The position numbers and the translations under genes were made by a program. 32,000 bases of DNA from Ignicoccus pacificus DSM 13166 (lineage in GTDB: Archaea; Thermoproteota; Thermoprotei_A; Sulfolobales; Ignicoccaceae), in contig CP006868.1 in NCBI GenBank assembly GCA_025340205.1, positions 270,001 through 302,000 of the forward strand. The letters are read 5' to 3'. This document shows positions 1 through 7,769 of this stretch, in pieces. The notes beneath the pieces were generated by a model. It had not been told where the DNA came from. It did not search any database and worked only from the letters and a program-made list of their open reading frames with translations. Position 1 is the stretch's first letter. Every line of letters starts with the position of its first letter.

Positions 1-79
1 CCACTTTCACGGCATCCCTGAGGTCCACGAAGTCCAAGGCCACTTGGAGTAGAGGTCTCTCCCTTCTCTCCCATACCAT
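1..79 (-). CDS. N-terminal fragment of an orotidine-5'-phosphate decarboxylase / hexulose-phosphate synthase (HUMPS)-like protein, truncated by window edge
   Basis: Reverse complement from 79 reads MVWERRERPLLQVALDFVDLRDAVKV, resembling the N-terminal 'LQVALD..DL..A.K' strand of HUMPS barrels. Confidence 0.45.
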   Translation of the reverse strand, partial: MVWERRERPLLQVALDFVDLRDAVKV

Positions 80-216
80 TCCTTTTCCACCGAGTTAAGT
101 GAGGGAAGGGCGTTAATGAGGGGAAATCTCTAAGGCTTGAATGTGAGTCCAGCTCGATGCACCTTGCACCCTTATATTAAAACCTTCCACGGCCTTTTCA
201 TTTCGGTGAAGAAGAG

Positions 217-795
217 ATGCCCAAGGACTTCCTGAGGCAGATAGTGAACCCAACCCTCTTGGAGTTCGAGATACCGGCGCAAGTACTGATAGAGATAAGG
301 AAGAAGATTGAGGCAGCTGAAAACAAGTACAACTTCAGCGCCTTCGGAGGAGACGTCAAGAACTTGGTCAAGTTCCTCCAGTCTCCAGAGTGGAAGGAGT
401 TGGTAGCACTCTTCGAGGCTGCCAACGCTAAGGTCGCCCTCATAAAGATACTCGAGAATGCCAAGGAAGCTTACAAGGACTATCCAGAGGTGGTCAAGGC
501 GATAGAAGAGGCCTTGAAGGCCCTCGAGAAAGGGGAGGAGGTAAAGGCGATAACCAAGCTGGAGGAGCTGAAGAAGAACGTAGAGAAGGCCCTAGAGGGT
601 AAGTATCCCACTAGGATATCTGAGAACAAGGTAGTTGTTGAGAGCGACAAGCTAGAGGCCTACATAGAGGAGGACTCCGGAGAGTACAAGATGAAGGTAG
701 AGGTGAGGGGAACCAAGGTAACCGCCACTTGGGAGGAAGCGAAGAAGATACTCCAAAAGGCAAAGGAATTAGCTGATGCCCTCAATCCTCCGTAA
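217..795 (+). CDS. Hypothetical Glu/Lys-rich, probably coiled-coil protein
   Basis: 192-aa open frame, charged helical composition, TATA-like 'ttatatta' at about 172-179. Confidence 0.75.
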   Translation: MPKDFLRQIVNPTLLEFEIPAQVLIEIRKKIEAAENKYNFSAFGGDVKNLVKFLQSPEWKELVALFEAANAKVALIKILENAKEAYKDYPEVVKAIEEALKALEKGEEVKAITKLEELKKNVEKALEGKYPTRISENKVVVESDKLEAYIEEDSGEYKMKVEVRGTKVTATWEEAKKILQKAKELADALNPP

Positions 796-806
796 GGTGA
801 TAGAGC

Positions 807-1259
807 TTGAAGGACGTTGAAGCCAAGTTCGATCGTCTTTTTGAATGTCTCGTTATGTGCTTGGAGATACTGCTGATACTCCTAACAGCAGGCTTCACCG
901 TCCTCTCCCTCTTCTGGTTCGGAACGACGCTATACCATGACTTCATGACTATACAAGAGCTGAACAAGGACGTAATAGTAAAGCTACTGGACATAACCTT
1001 ACTGACCCTAATAATCATCGACGTGCTCCAGATAGTTGTGGCAAGGTACACCAGCAGCTACGAGTACCTAAGGGTGGCGGTCGAGGTAGGTATACTATCC
1101 ATGCTGAGGGAACTGATATCAATCGAGATCAAGAAACCTGACCCATGGAAAGTGATCGCCTTCGCACTTACCATACTGATACTCTTCATCGTATGGGTAG
1201 GGCTCAGCAGGTCTAAAGTTATGGAGGCAATAGAGAAGCGCTTGGGGAAAGAATCTTAG
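807..1259 (+). CDS. Hypothetical membrane protein with several hydrophobic segments
   Basis: 150-aa ORF with segments LEILLILLTAGFTVLSLFWF, LLTLIIIDVLQIVV and VIAFALTILILFIVWVGL. Confidence 0.6.
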   Translation: MKDVEAKFDRLFECLVMCLEILLILLTAGFTVLSLFWFGTTLYHDFMTIQELNKDVIVKLLDITLLTLIIIDVLQIVVARYTSSYEYLRVAVEVGILSMLRELISIEIKKPDPWKVIAFALTILILFIVWVGLSRSKVMEAIEKRLGKES

Positions 1260-1847
1260 ATCCTCAATCCAGTAATCCACGTACTTTTTGAGTTGCTCGT
1301 CCCTGACTCCAATTCCACACCCAGAGGCGAGGAGGGCCGGGAGATCTATTAGGGAGTCGCCTACGAATATGCTTTCCTTAACGTCTACGTCCAACCTCCT
1401 CAGAAGCCTTATCAATCCCTTCAGCTTGTTCTTGGGTTCAACTGCCGGCTCGCAGTCCTCGCATATGGGATTAGCTATCCAGAGATGAATTCCCAGGGCC
1501 TCCGCCACCCTCTTGGTGGAGGGAGCCAGGCCAGCGCTTACTAACCCTACCCCGAGTCCCCTCCTCTTCGAAAGGGAGACCGCTTCCCTAGCTCCGGGAG
1601 ACAGATATTTCTCTATATCCTCAAACACCTTCTCTATGTCTTCCAAGGTGGGCTCCCTTCCTAGTGCCTTGGTCCACCTCTCCTTGTCCCTTCTGCACCA
1701 CTCTCCATAGCTTATCTCCCCCTTGAAGTAGGCCTTCATGTCCTCTACCGATCCCTTGCTCCCGAATGCCCTATGCACCATCTCCCAGCTGCTCTTGAAA
1801 GTTACCAATACTCCGTCGACGTCGAATGCTATGAACCTAGGCCTCAT
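1119..1847 (-). CDS. HAD-superfamily phosphoserine-phosphatase-like phosphatase
   Basis: HAD motifs FDVDGVL, SAG and GDSLIDLPAL; ATGA-type overlap with the hisH stop. Confidence 0.85.
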   Translation of the reverse strand: MRPRFIAFDVDGVLVTFKSSWEMVHRAFGSKGSVEDMKAYFKGEISYGEWCRRDKERWTKALGREPTLEDIEKVFEDIEKYLSPGAREAVSLSKRRGLGVGLVSAGLAPSTKRVAEALGIHLWIANPICEDCEPAVEPKNKLKGLIRLLRRLDVDVKESIFVGDSLIDLPALLASGCGIGVRDEQLKKYVDYWIEDLRFFPQALLYCLHNFRPAEPYPYDEEYQYGKCEGDHFPWVRFLDLD

Positions 1848-2452
1848 CTCCTTATCTCCCTTGCTAAGTTCTCCAAGAACTTCCTCCCCGCGGAGGAGCT
1901 CTTCTCTGGGTGGAACTGAGTACCAATAATCTTCCCTTTCTGAACCAACGATGTGAACTTCACTCCCTCGTACTCCGTAATTCCTAACTCCTCCTCCCTT
2001 CCCTCAAAGGGCTTGTAGAAGCTGTGGGCGAAGTAGAAGTTCCTTCCCTCTATTCCCTCGAGGAGGGGGGTTTCCTTAGAAGCGTTGACCTCGTTCCATC
2101 CCATATGGGGAACTTTCCTCACTCCCCTAAACCTTATGACCTCTCCTTTGAGCAAACCCAATCCCTTCAGTCCTCCCTCCTCGCTCCTCTCGTATAGCAA
2201 CTGCATGCCTAGGCATATCCCTAAGACCCATCCATCCGGATCCTTAAGGTAATCGATTAGCTTGTACCTCTCTATGTTACTCATAGCCGCTTGATGGGAG
2301 CCTACTCCCGGAAGGACAACCAAGTCAGCCCTCCTCAACGTCTCCAAGTCCTTGGTGAGTACCGCTCTAAAGCCAACCCTTTGCAAGCCGTTCCTTATGC
2401 TGAAGGTGTTTCCTATTCCGTAGTCAACCACCGCTGCCAGCACTTCCCCCAC
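1844..2452 (-). CDS. hisH: Imidazole glycerol phosphate synthase glutamine amidotransferase subunit
   Basis: DYGIGN N-terminus, nucleophile motif GICLGMQLLYE, C-terminal QFHPEKSS. Confidence 0.95.
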   Translation of the reverse strand: MGEVLAAVVDYGIGNTFSIRNGLQRVGFRAVLTKDLETLRRADLVVLPGVGSHQAAMSNIERYKLIDYLKDPDGWVLGICLGMQLLYERSEEGGLKGLGLLKGEVIRFRGVRKVPHMGWNEVNASKETPLLEGIEGRNFYFAHSFYKPFEGREEELGITEYEGVKFTSLVQKGKIIGTQFHPEKSSSAGRKFLENLAREIRR

Positions 2453-2735
2453 CCCTATGCCTAGCTCTGCTCTCCAGCTCTTTGACCACCTCCTCCCAGC
2501 TTACTCCACTTATAGCCAGTAGAACCATTAAATGGTAAATTAGGTCAGCCGCCTCATATACCAAGGAATCCTTCCCCTCCTCCAAGGCAGCCACTATTAC
2601 CTCAACCGCCTCCTCTCCCACCTTTCTAGCAGCGTATCCCTTCCCCTTCATCGCTATCTTCGATGTGTAGGACCCTTCCCTAGGATTCTTCACTCTATTT
2701 AGAATTACCTCCCACAGCTCTTGAAGATAGTCCAA
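2424..2735 (-). CDS. hisE: Phosphoribosyl-ATP pyrophosphatase
   Basis: SYTSKI...G...ARKVGEEAVEVIVAAL...EAADLIYHLMVLL motif; adjacent to hisH. Confidence 0.93.
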   Translation of the reverse strand: MDYLQELWEVILNRVKNPREGSYTSKIAMKGKGYAARKVGEEAVEVIVAALEEGKDSLVYEAADLIYHLMVLLAISGVSWEEVVKELESRARHRGGGSAGSGG

Positions 2736-2982
2736 GCTTCGTTCCCACGAGCATGGGAGCGAAGGCGGTTAAATCCGGCTGAGTAGTAGGAAGGATCCTT
2801 TATGCTATCTCATTGTATTTCTTAGTTTCTACTTACCCTGCGTTCTAATAACCTGTATGTTCCTTCAACGCTTCACTAATAGCTCATGTCGATATCCTTA
2901 GTTCCTCTTGGAGAAAGCTTATTCTCTTAGTTCGGTATTAATTTAAAAAAGTAGACTTTCTGGATTTCGGGGACTCAGGGCT

Positions 2983-4659
2983 ATGAGAATGAAGACATAT
3001 GCACTACTCTTTCTGCTGGCGTTTACATCAAAGTTAATGGCAATTTCATTGACACAAATATGGACGTTCAAAACCAATACTTCAGTCGCCGCATTAGCCT
3101 TTTCCGATAATGGTCATTTAGGAGTGGCCTCAGGTCGCTGTGCCTATATTCTCGATCAAAATGGAAACTTAGTAACTAAACATTGTGGGAAAGAAGATAT
3201 AGTTGACCTCTCCTTCCGTTGCTGTAGGTTTGGCTTCTTAGAAAATTACTGTTGCGGTTATGGAGGACACGTTTACATTTATGACCTTACAACAGGAACT
3301 TGGAAGAAGATGTACATTGGAAAGGATTACTGGAAAGTAATCCTCATGCTCGGGGATGGCTTCCTAGCTAGTGGGAATAAAAAGCTCGCCTACTTCGATT
3401 TCAACGGAAACAAAAGATGGGACGTAGATATATATAACATTGCGCACGGTCTAGCAGTTTATAAGGGATACGTTTACGTCCCAATAAGCTATTGGGATAC
3501 AGGCGCGCTCACCATCCTCAGACTCTCCGATGGGGGTGAAGTAAAGACTATAGACTTTGATGAAAATGTTAATGTTGTTCAAGTTTGTAGTCATTACCTA
3601 GCTCTCGGAACAACTCACAGTGTTTATCTTTACGATATAAGTGATCCTACAAATCCAAAGGAGCTTTGGAAGTTCGATGAGGTCGCGACTAGCTGCAGAG
3701 GAGGTTGCTTTGGAACTGTGAGCATTGCGTTCAGTCCGGGATGTAGGTATCTGGTAAGCGCCGATCCCGACGATCACAAAATTCACTTGCTCGATGTAGC
3801 CACTGGAAAGCAAGTGCTGGAAAAGAAGTTTGAGGATAAAGTTTGGTCAGTGGCTTGGTGGGGGAAGTTCGAGAGAGTGCTAGGAACGATTTGGTGGATG
3901 GATAGAATAGCTGTTGGGTTGGATAATGGTAAAGTTTACGTATTCAAAGTTGAAGGCGATGAACCACAGACGACAATCCTCATTGCCACAAGGGGAACGG
4001 GCACAAACGTACAAGGGACACCTCTCCCGTCCTACTTCTCCTCAGTTCTAGCTCCTTATGAGAAGCTTAGATCCGTATACGATACGCTAAGCAAAGCCAG
4101 CGCGACCACAGTTGGGATAGCTGCTCTAAAGAAGTACTTCCAGTCAAACATGGGCTTTATGGTCTCATTGGCACAGTTCGGAGACTTGCTTCAAAGGATG
4201 GCTGCGTTACTAACGGAAGCTGAGCAGTTACTGCAAAAAAGCGAGAACATCTTGAACACGAAGAGCGATTTCAATTCAATATATACAGCGATGAATTACT
4301 TACAGAGGGCTAAGGTAGACTTAGCCTTGATTAATAATACCCTAAAGCAACTGGACGAGATCGTGAATGAGCTAAAGCTCAACAAGCCTACGGAGGCTAT
4401 GAGTTGTGGCCTTGCGTGGAACACAGTGGAAAACATAATGAAGGCAAAGTCTGTGAATGAGATGTATATGTTCTTAAGCAAAGTAGGTGGAGATTTGAAC
4501 AAAGTAGTAAAGACAGTTATATCTTGTACAATAGAAAAGGTCTTGAAGAATTACAGCACCTTCAGATCAGAGCTCGTGAAAGATGTGGCAAGGCTCAGCA
4601 TCAAATGGAATAAACTAAACGCTATGCTCACGCTAGTTATGAAGATAGCAACCGGCTAG
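2983..4659 (+). CDS. Predicted exported WD40/PQQ-like beta-propeller protein with helical C-terminal region
   Basis: N-terminal signal-like MRMKTYALLFLLAFTSKLMAIS; repeated propeller-like blades such as VWSVAWWG...IAVGLDNGKVYVFKV; helical C-terminus; TATA-like TTTAAAAAA at 2942-2950. Confidence 0.7.
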   Translation: MRMKTYALLFLLAFTSKLMAISLTQIWTFKTNTSVAALAFSDNGHLGVASGRCAYILDQNGNLVTKHCGKEDIVDLSFRCCRFGFLENYCCGYGGHVYIYDLTTGTWKKMYIGKDYWKVILMLGDGFLASGNKKLAYFDFNGNKRWDVDIYNIAHGLAVYKGYVYVPISYWDTGALTILRLSDGGEVKTIDFDENVNVVQVCSHYLALGTTHSVYLYDISDPTNPKELWKFDEVATSCRGGCFGTVSIAFSPGCRYLVSADPDDHKIHLLDVATGKQVLEKKFEDKVWSVAWWGKFERVLGTIWWMDRIAVGLDNGKVYVFKVEGDEPQTTILIATRGTGTNVQGTPLPSYFSSVLAPYEKLRSVYDTLSKASATTVGIAALKKYFQSNMGFMVSLAQFGDLLQRMAALLTEAEQLLQKSENILNTKSDFNSIYTAMNYLQRAKVDLALINNTLKQLDEIVNELKLNKPTEAMSCGLAWNTVENIMKAKSVNEMYMFLSKVGGDLNKVVKTVISCTIEKVLKNYSTFRSELVKDVARLSIKWNKLNAMLTLVMKIATG

Positions 4660-5167
4660 CACCTTAGATTAATCTCTTTCGAAGTATCGAATTTTGTTCA
4701 CTGAGGTATGATCCTTTTGAAAATGCTTTTACTTTCCCTCACTAGCGTTAACGCCGTTCCTCCACTAATTACATTATCTTAAAGATAACGCTGAGCCCTA
4801 GTTATACTGACTAGCTAATCAGATTCCTAGCATACTCGATAAATTCACTGAACTTGCTTTACGAACTTGATAATGAAGGAAACCTATAATCTTTCAACGT
4901 TTTGAGAAGAGCTTCTGAAAAAAGTCGTTGATGGTATCAGTAAAATGCAGCTCGAAGAAGGTGTGAATAAGATACTTGCAACAAGATGAATTACATTAAA
5001 CTAACGTTTCCGTTAATTGATTGTGGTTTTCAGCATTCATGTAAGGGGTTAGGAGGAGTGCGTTGGAAGAAGCGGAGAGCGTAGCGAAAGGTGACGGAGT
5101 CGGTCAAGCTCGGAGTAAGATCCAGCTGAGGCTATATTCTCGCCTTTGCCGACCCTAGGGGAGAGCC

Positions 5168-5662
5168 ATGCCTTTCGACGTGCTCTGGACCCCTTGGAGG
5201 ATGGAGTACATAAAGAACGTAGTGAAAGGGAAGGAGGAAGGGTGCTTGTTCTGCAGGGTACAGAAGATGGACGATGAGGAGGCCCTAATAGTTTACAGAG
5301 GGGATCACAACTTCGTGATGCTGAACGCGTTCCCCTACAACAGTGGGCACGTAATGATAGCCCCCTATAGGCACGTGGGAAGCGTTGAGGAGATGAGCGA
5401 CGAAGAGCTAATGGATGCTATGAGGATACTCAAAAAGGTAATGAAGGCATTAAGGAACATCTACAAGCCCGAAGGCTTCAACATAGGGTGGAACATAGGT
5501 AGGGCCGCTGGAGCCGGAATACCGGGCCACGTTCACTTGCACGTAGTTCCCAGGTGGGCCGGAGATGCCAACTTCATGCTCACCATAGGCCACACTAAGG
5601 TCCTCCCAGAAGCCCTCAACGAGACGTGGAAGAGGCTGAGGGAAGAGCTTGAAAAGCTATAA
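5168..5662 (+). CDS. HIT-family hydrolase/nucleotidyltransferase
   Basis: CLFC zinc-type N-terminus and HVHLHVVPRW (HxHxHxx) signature. Confidence 0.95.
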   Translation: MPFDVLWTPWRMEYIKNVVKGKEEGCLFCRVQKMDDEEALIVYRGDHNFVMLNAFPYNSGHVMIAPYRHVGSVEEMSDEELMDAMRILKKVMKALRNIYKPEGFNIGWNIGRAAGAGIPGHVHLHVVPRWAGDANFMLTIGHTKVLPEALNETWKRLREELEKL

Positions 5663-5730
5663 CCTTTGAAGAGAAGAACTCCAAAGTTTATTAAACCTTA
5701 CCTCCCATGGAGGCTCGGATGAAATAAGGT

Positions 5731-5879
5731 GGGCCCGTAGCTCAGCCAGGCAGAGCGGCGGGCTCCAGACGTATCTACGGGTCTGGACGAGCCGTAAGGC
5801 GATGATCGTCGTCTGGAGCGTTAAAGACCCGGGAGGAGAGACCCGTAGGTCGGGGGTTCAAATCCCCCCGGGCCCACCA
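5731..5879 (+). tRNA. tRNA-Trp(CCA) with 72-nt intron at 37/38 (intron 5769-5840) and encoded CCA
   Basis: Acceptor GGGCCCG (5731-5737) pairs with CGGGCCC (5869-5875), then A-CCA. D-stem GCTC/GAGC; anticodon stem GCGGG (5758-5762) with CCCGT (5842-5846); loop CT-CCA-G then intron then A38; T-arm GGGGG-TTCAAAT-CCCCC. Confidence 0.92.
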
Positions 5880-5917
5880 CACCCGGAAGGGGTCCCCCGG
5901 GCTCCTAACCTCCTCCC

Positions 5918-6619
5918 TTATCCTAGATAGGGCCACAAGTCGCCATACCACTTTATCGTTGAAGTAAAGGGATCGAAGTACATTCCATGAACTCTTACCT
6001 CGACTCCCATCGAGACGCTTTCCAAGAGACGGTCGAGGACCTCCGGATCTCCCTTGAGGTAAGGCCTGAAGCAGCAAGCGCCCGGAAAGCCCGCTATGAA
6101 GGTAACTACCGCCCTATTCCCCTTCCTCACGAACTCACCCAACTCTAACAAGTGCCTCTTTCCCCTCTCCGTAGGGCAGTCCGGCCACATCGCCTCGTTG
6201 AAGGGTCCTTTGAGGTCAGCGCTCTTCAGCTCCACGATGGTTCTAGTTCCGTTGCATGAGAATTCAAAGTCTGAAAAGCCCTTGCCGAGCCTAGGCCTTC
6301 TCCTAACGAATGAGCAGTCCTTGAGCCAGTGGATTAAGTTCATTTCGTAGGCCTTCAAGAAGGCCATCTCTTGGAGGTTGGTGTCTACTACGGCGAAGCC
6401 TCCGTCCCTAACTTGAGCTGCTACTAGCTTGTACTTGGTCTTCCCTGAGCTCTTAGAGGAACAATAAGCTAGGTTTCCTTCCCAGATGAGGTCCTCCAGC
6501 CTTCCGGTGTTCGTGTTGTGGACCTTCGCTTTCTCATTACCTATTCTGGCTTCTATTACGAAGCGGTTAAGCTTTCTTATTATTGTGCAAGGAAGTGTTT
6601 CTAGTTTGAGAAGTTGCAA
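5918..6619 (-). CDS. sfsA: SfsA-family protein (putative DNA/RNA nuclease)
   Basis: GRLEDLI...G..., FSDFEFSCNGTRTIVELKSADL...FPDCPTERGKRHL-like motif (here AMWPDCPTERGKRHLLEL). Confidence 0.9.
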   Translation of the reverse strand: MQLLKLETLPCTIIRKLNRFVIEARIGNEKAKVHNTNTGRLEDLIWEGNLAYCSSKSSGKTKYKLVAAQVRDGGFAVVDTNLQEMAFLKAYEMNLIHWLKDCSFVRRRPRLGKGFSDFEFSCNGTRTIVELKSADLKGPFNEAMWPDCPTERGKRHLLELGEFVRKGNRAVVTFIAGFPGACCFRPYLKGDPEVLDRLLESVSMGVEVRVHGMYFDPFTSTIKWYGDLWPYLG

Positions 6620-6668
6620 GGTCTCAGCCTACCGTTCAACTTGATTTTCTGATGAAAATACTGGAAAA

Positions 6669-7769
6669 TTATATGGGAATGGGGACAAGCGTTCCAAAGC
6701 CCAATTCCCTTAGATCTCCTGCGCCCTCTCTATAGAGCTTGTGCCAGTCATCACAATTACCATAAAACAATCCCTTCCATATACCATGTCTGAACCCCCT
6801 CGGTCTGTTTTTCGCGAGACTCCAGCCTAAGCTGAAGGCATCAACTTCAACGCGATAAGGTGGAACTATAGATTTTAGGAAGTCTTCCTCTTTTGGAGTA
6901 AAGTGTTTTATTTCGTTTTTCAGTAGCTTCTCGATTTTTTCTCTTAATTGTGCAAATGAAGAGGAACGTACGTTTAGTGGTTCCTTGAAGAGTAATGGTG
7001 TGGCTATTAGTAGTAAACATTCGCCTCCATTTCTTCCATTCCAAAGGTGAGAGAGTTCTTCTTCTATCAAGTTCTTTTTAGAAAGCTCTAGTCTAGCTGG
7101 CAATCCTTCCCCGCCGAAACCTAGTATTGTTTTTTCTTCATGTCTTAAATCACCATATATATCCGCTACTATGGAACCCATTATTATTTTCTTTCCTTCT
7201 TGCACTGCGATATACCTTCTTTCTTGAATATAGATCATACCTTTGGAACTCTCAATTCCCGTTTGCTTTTTCGTTCTATGGAGAGCTATTCCGGTCAGTT
7301 CAGTTGCTCCTATTTGAGGTATTGGTCGTTTCATTACTTCAAACAAGTTCTTAGACTTTGATGGTATAAGAACCTCTCTTTTTAGTAGATCCTCAATTTT
7401 CTTTCCACTTCTTTCAAGCTCCTTTACTAGTTTACGTAGTCCCAGGATAGGAGTCCCATCAAAAGCTGTGAGCTCCTTGGCCTCACCCTCTTCAAAGATA
7501 GCGAATGCTCCGGTGAGCCTTTTCACGCCAAGCTTTTCCAAGCATTTTTTCACATCGCTTAGAATCTCGAAATTTTTATCGTCCAATTCTTTGCAAGAAG
7601 AATCTCTCTGATAGACGATTTGAGCTAGAGCTCCAGCTAAAGTCGTTGGGGGAGGAAGAGGGTAGCTTAACGAGTAGGTGACGCTTCCCCTTGTCTGAGG
7701 GCTGAAGTTTCCCGGCTTCCTAAAGCTGGAACTACCTAGTGGTCTAATTATTACTCCCATCTCGATCAC
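6669..7769 (-). CDS. cmr3: Type III-B CRISPR RAMP protein Cmr3
   Basis: DPLFFR-type N-terminal region replaced by IRPLGSSSFRKPGNF; YPLPPPTTLAGAL; ends with an overlap into the cmr2 gene; FGLG-like 'SLGW'/'GFRHGIWKGLFYG' region; neighbourhood. Confidence 0.85.
   Translation of the reverse strand: MIEMGVIIRPLGSSSFRKPGNFSPQTRGSVTYSLSYPLPPPTTLAGALAQIVYQRDSSCKELDDKNFEILSDVKKCLEKLGVKRLTGAFAIFEEGEAKELTAFDGTPILGLRKLVKELERSGKKIEDLLKREVLIPSKSKNLFEVMKRPIPQIGATELTGIALHRTKKQTGIESSKGMIYIQERRYIAVQEGKKIIMGSIVADIYGDLRHEEKTILGFGGEGLPARLELSKKNLIEEELSHLWNGRNGGECLLLIATPLLFKEPLNVRSSSFAQLREKIEKLLKNEIKHFTPKEEDFLKSIVPPYRVEVDAFSLGWSLAKNRPRGFRHGIWKGLFYGNCDDWHKLYREGAGDLRELGFGTLVPIPI

Noticed and set aside
5769-5840. 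Box C/D guide RNA inside the tRNA-Trp intron, as in euryarchaea
   Set aside because: Only a near-match C box (GCGATGA) is seen; no convincing CTGA D box, so not claimed.
5775-6077. 100-aa minus-strand ORF over tRNA-Trp
   Set aside because: It is mostly the reverse complement of the tRNA gene and intron.
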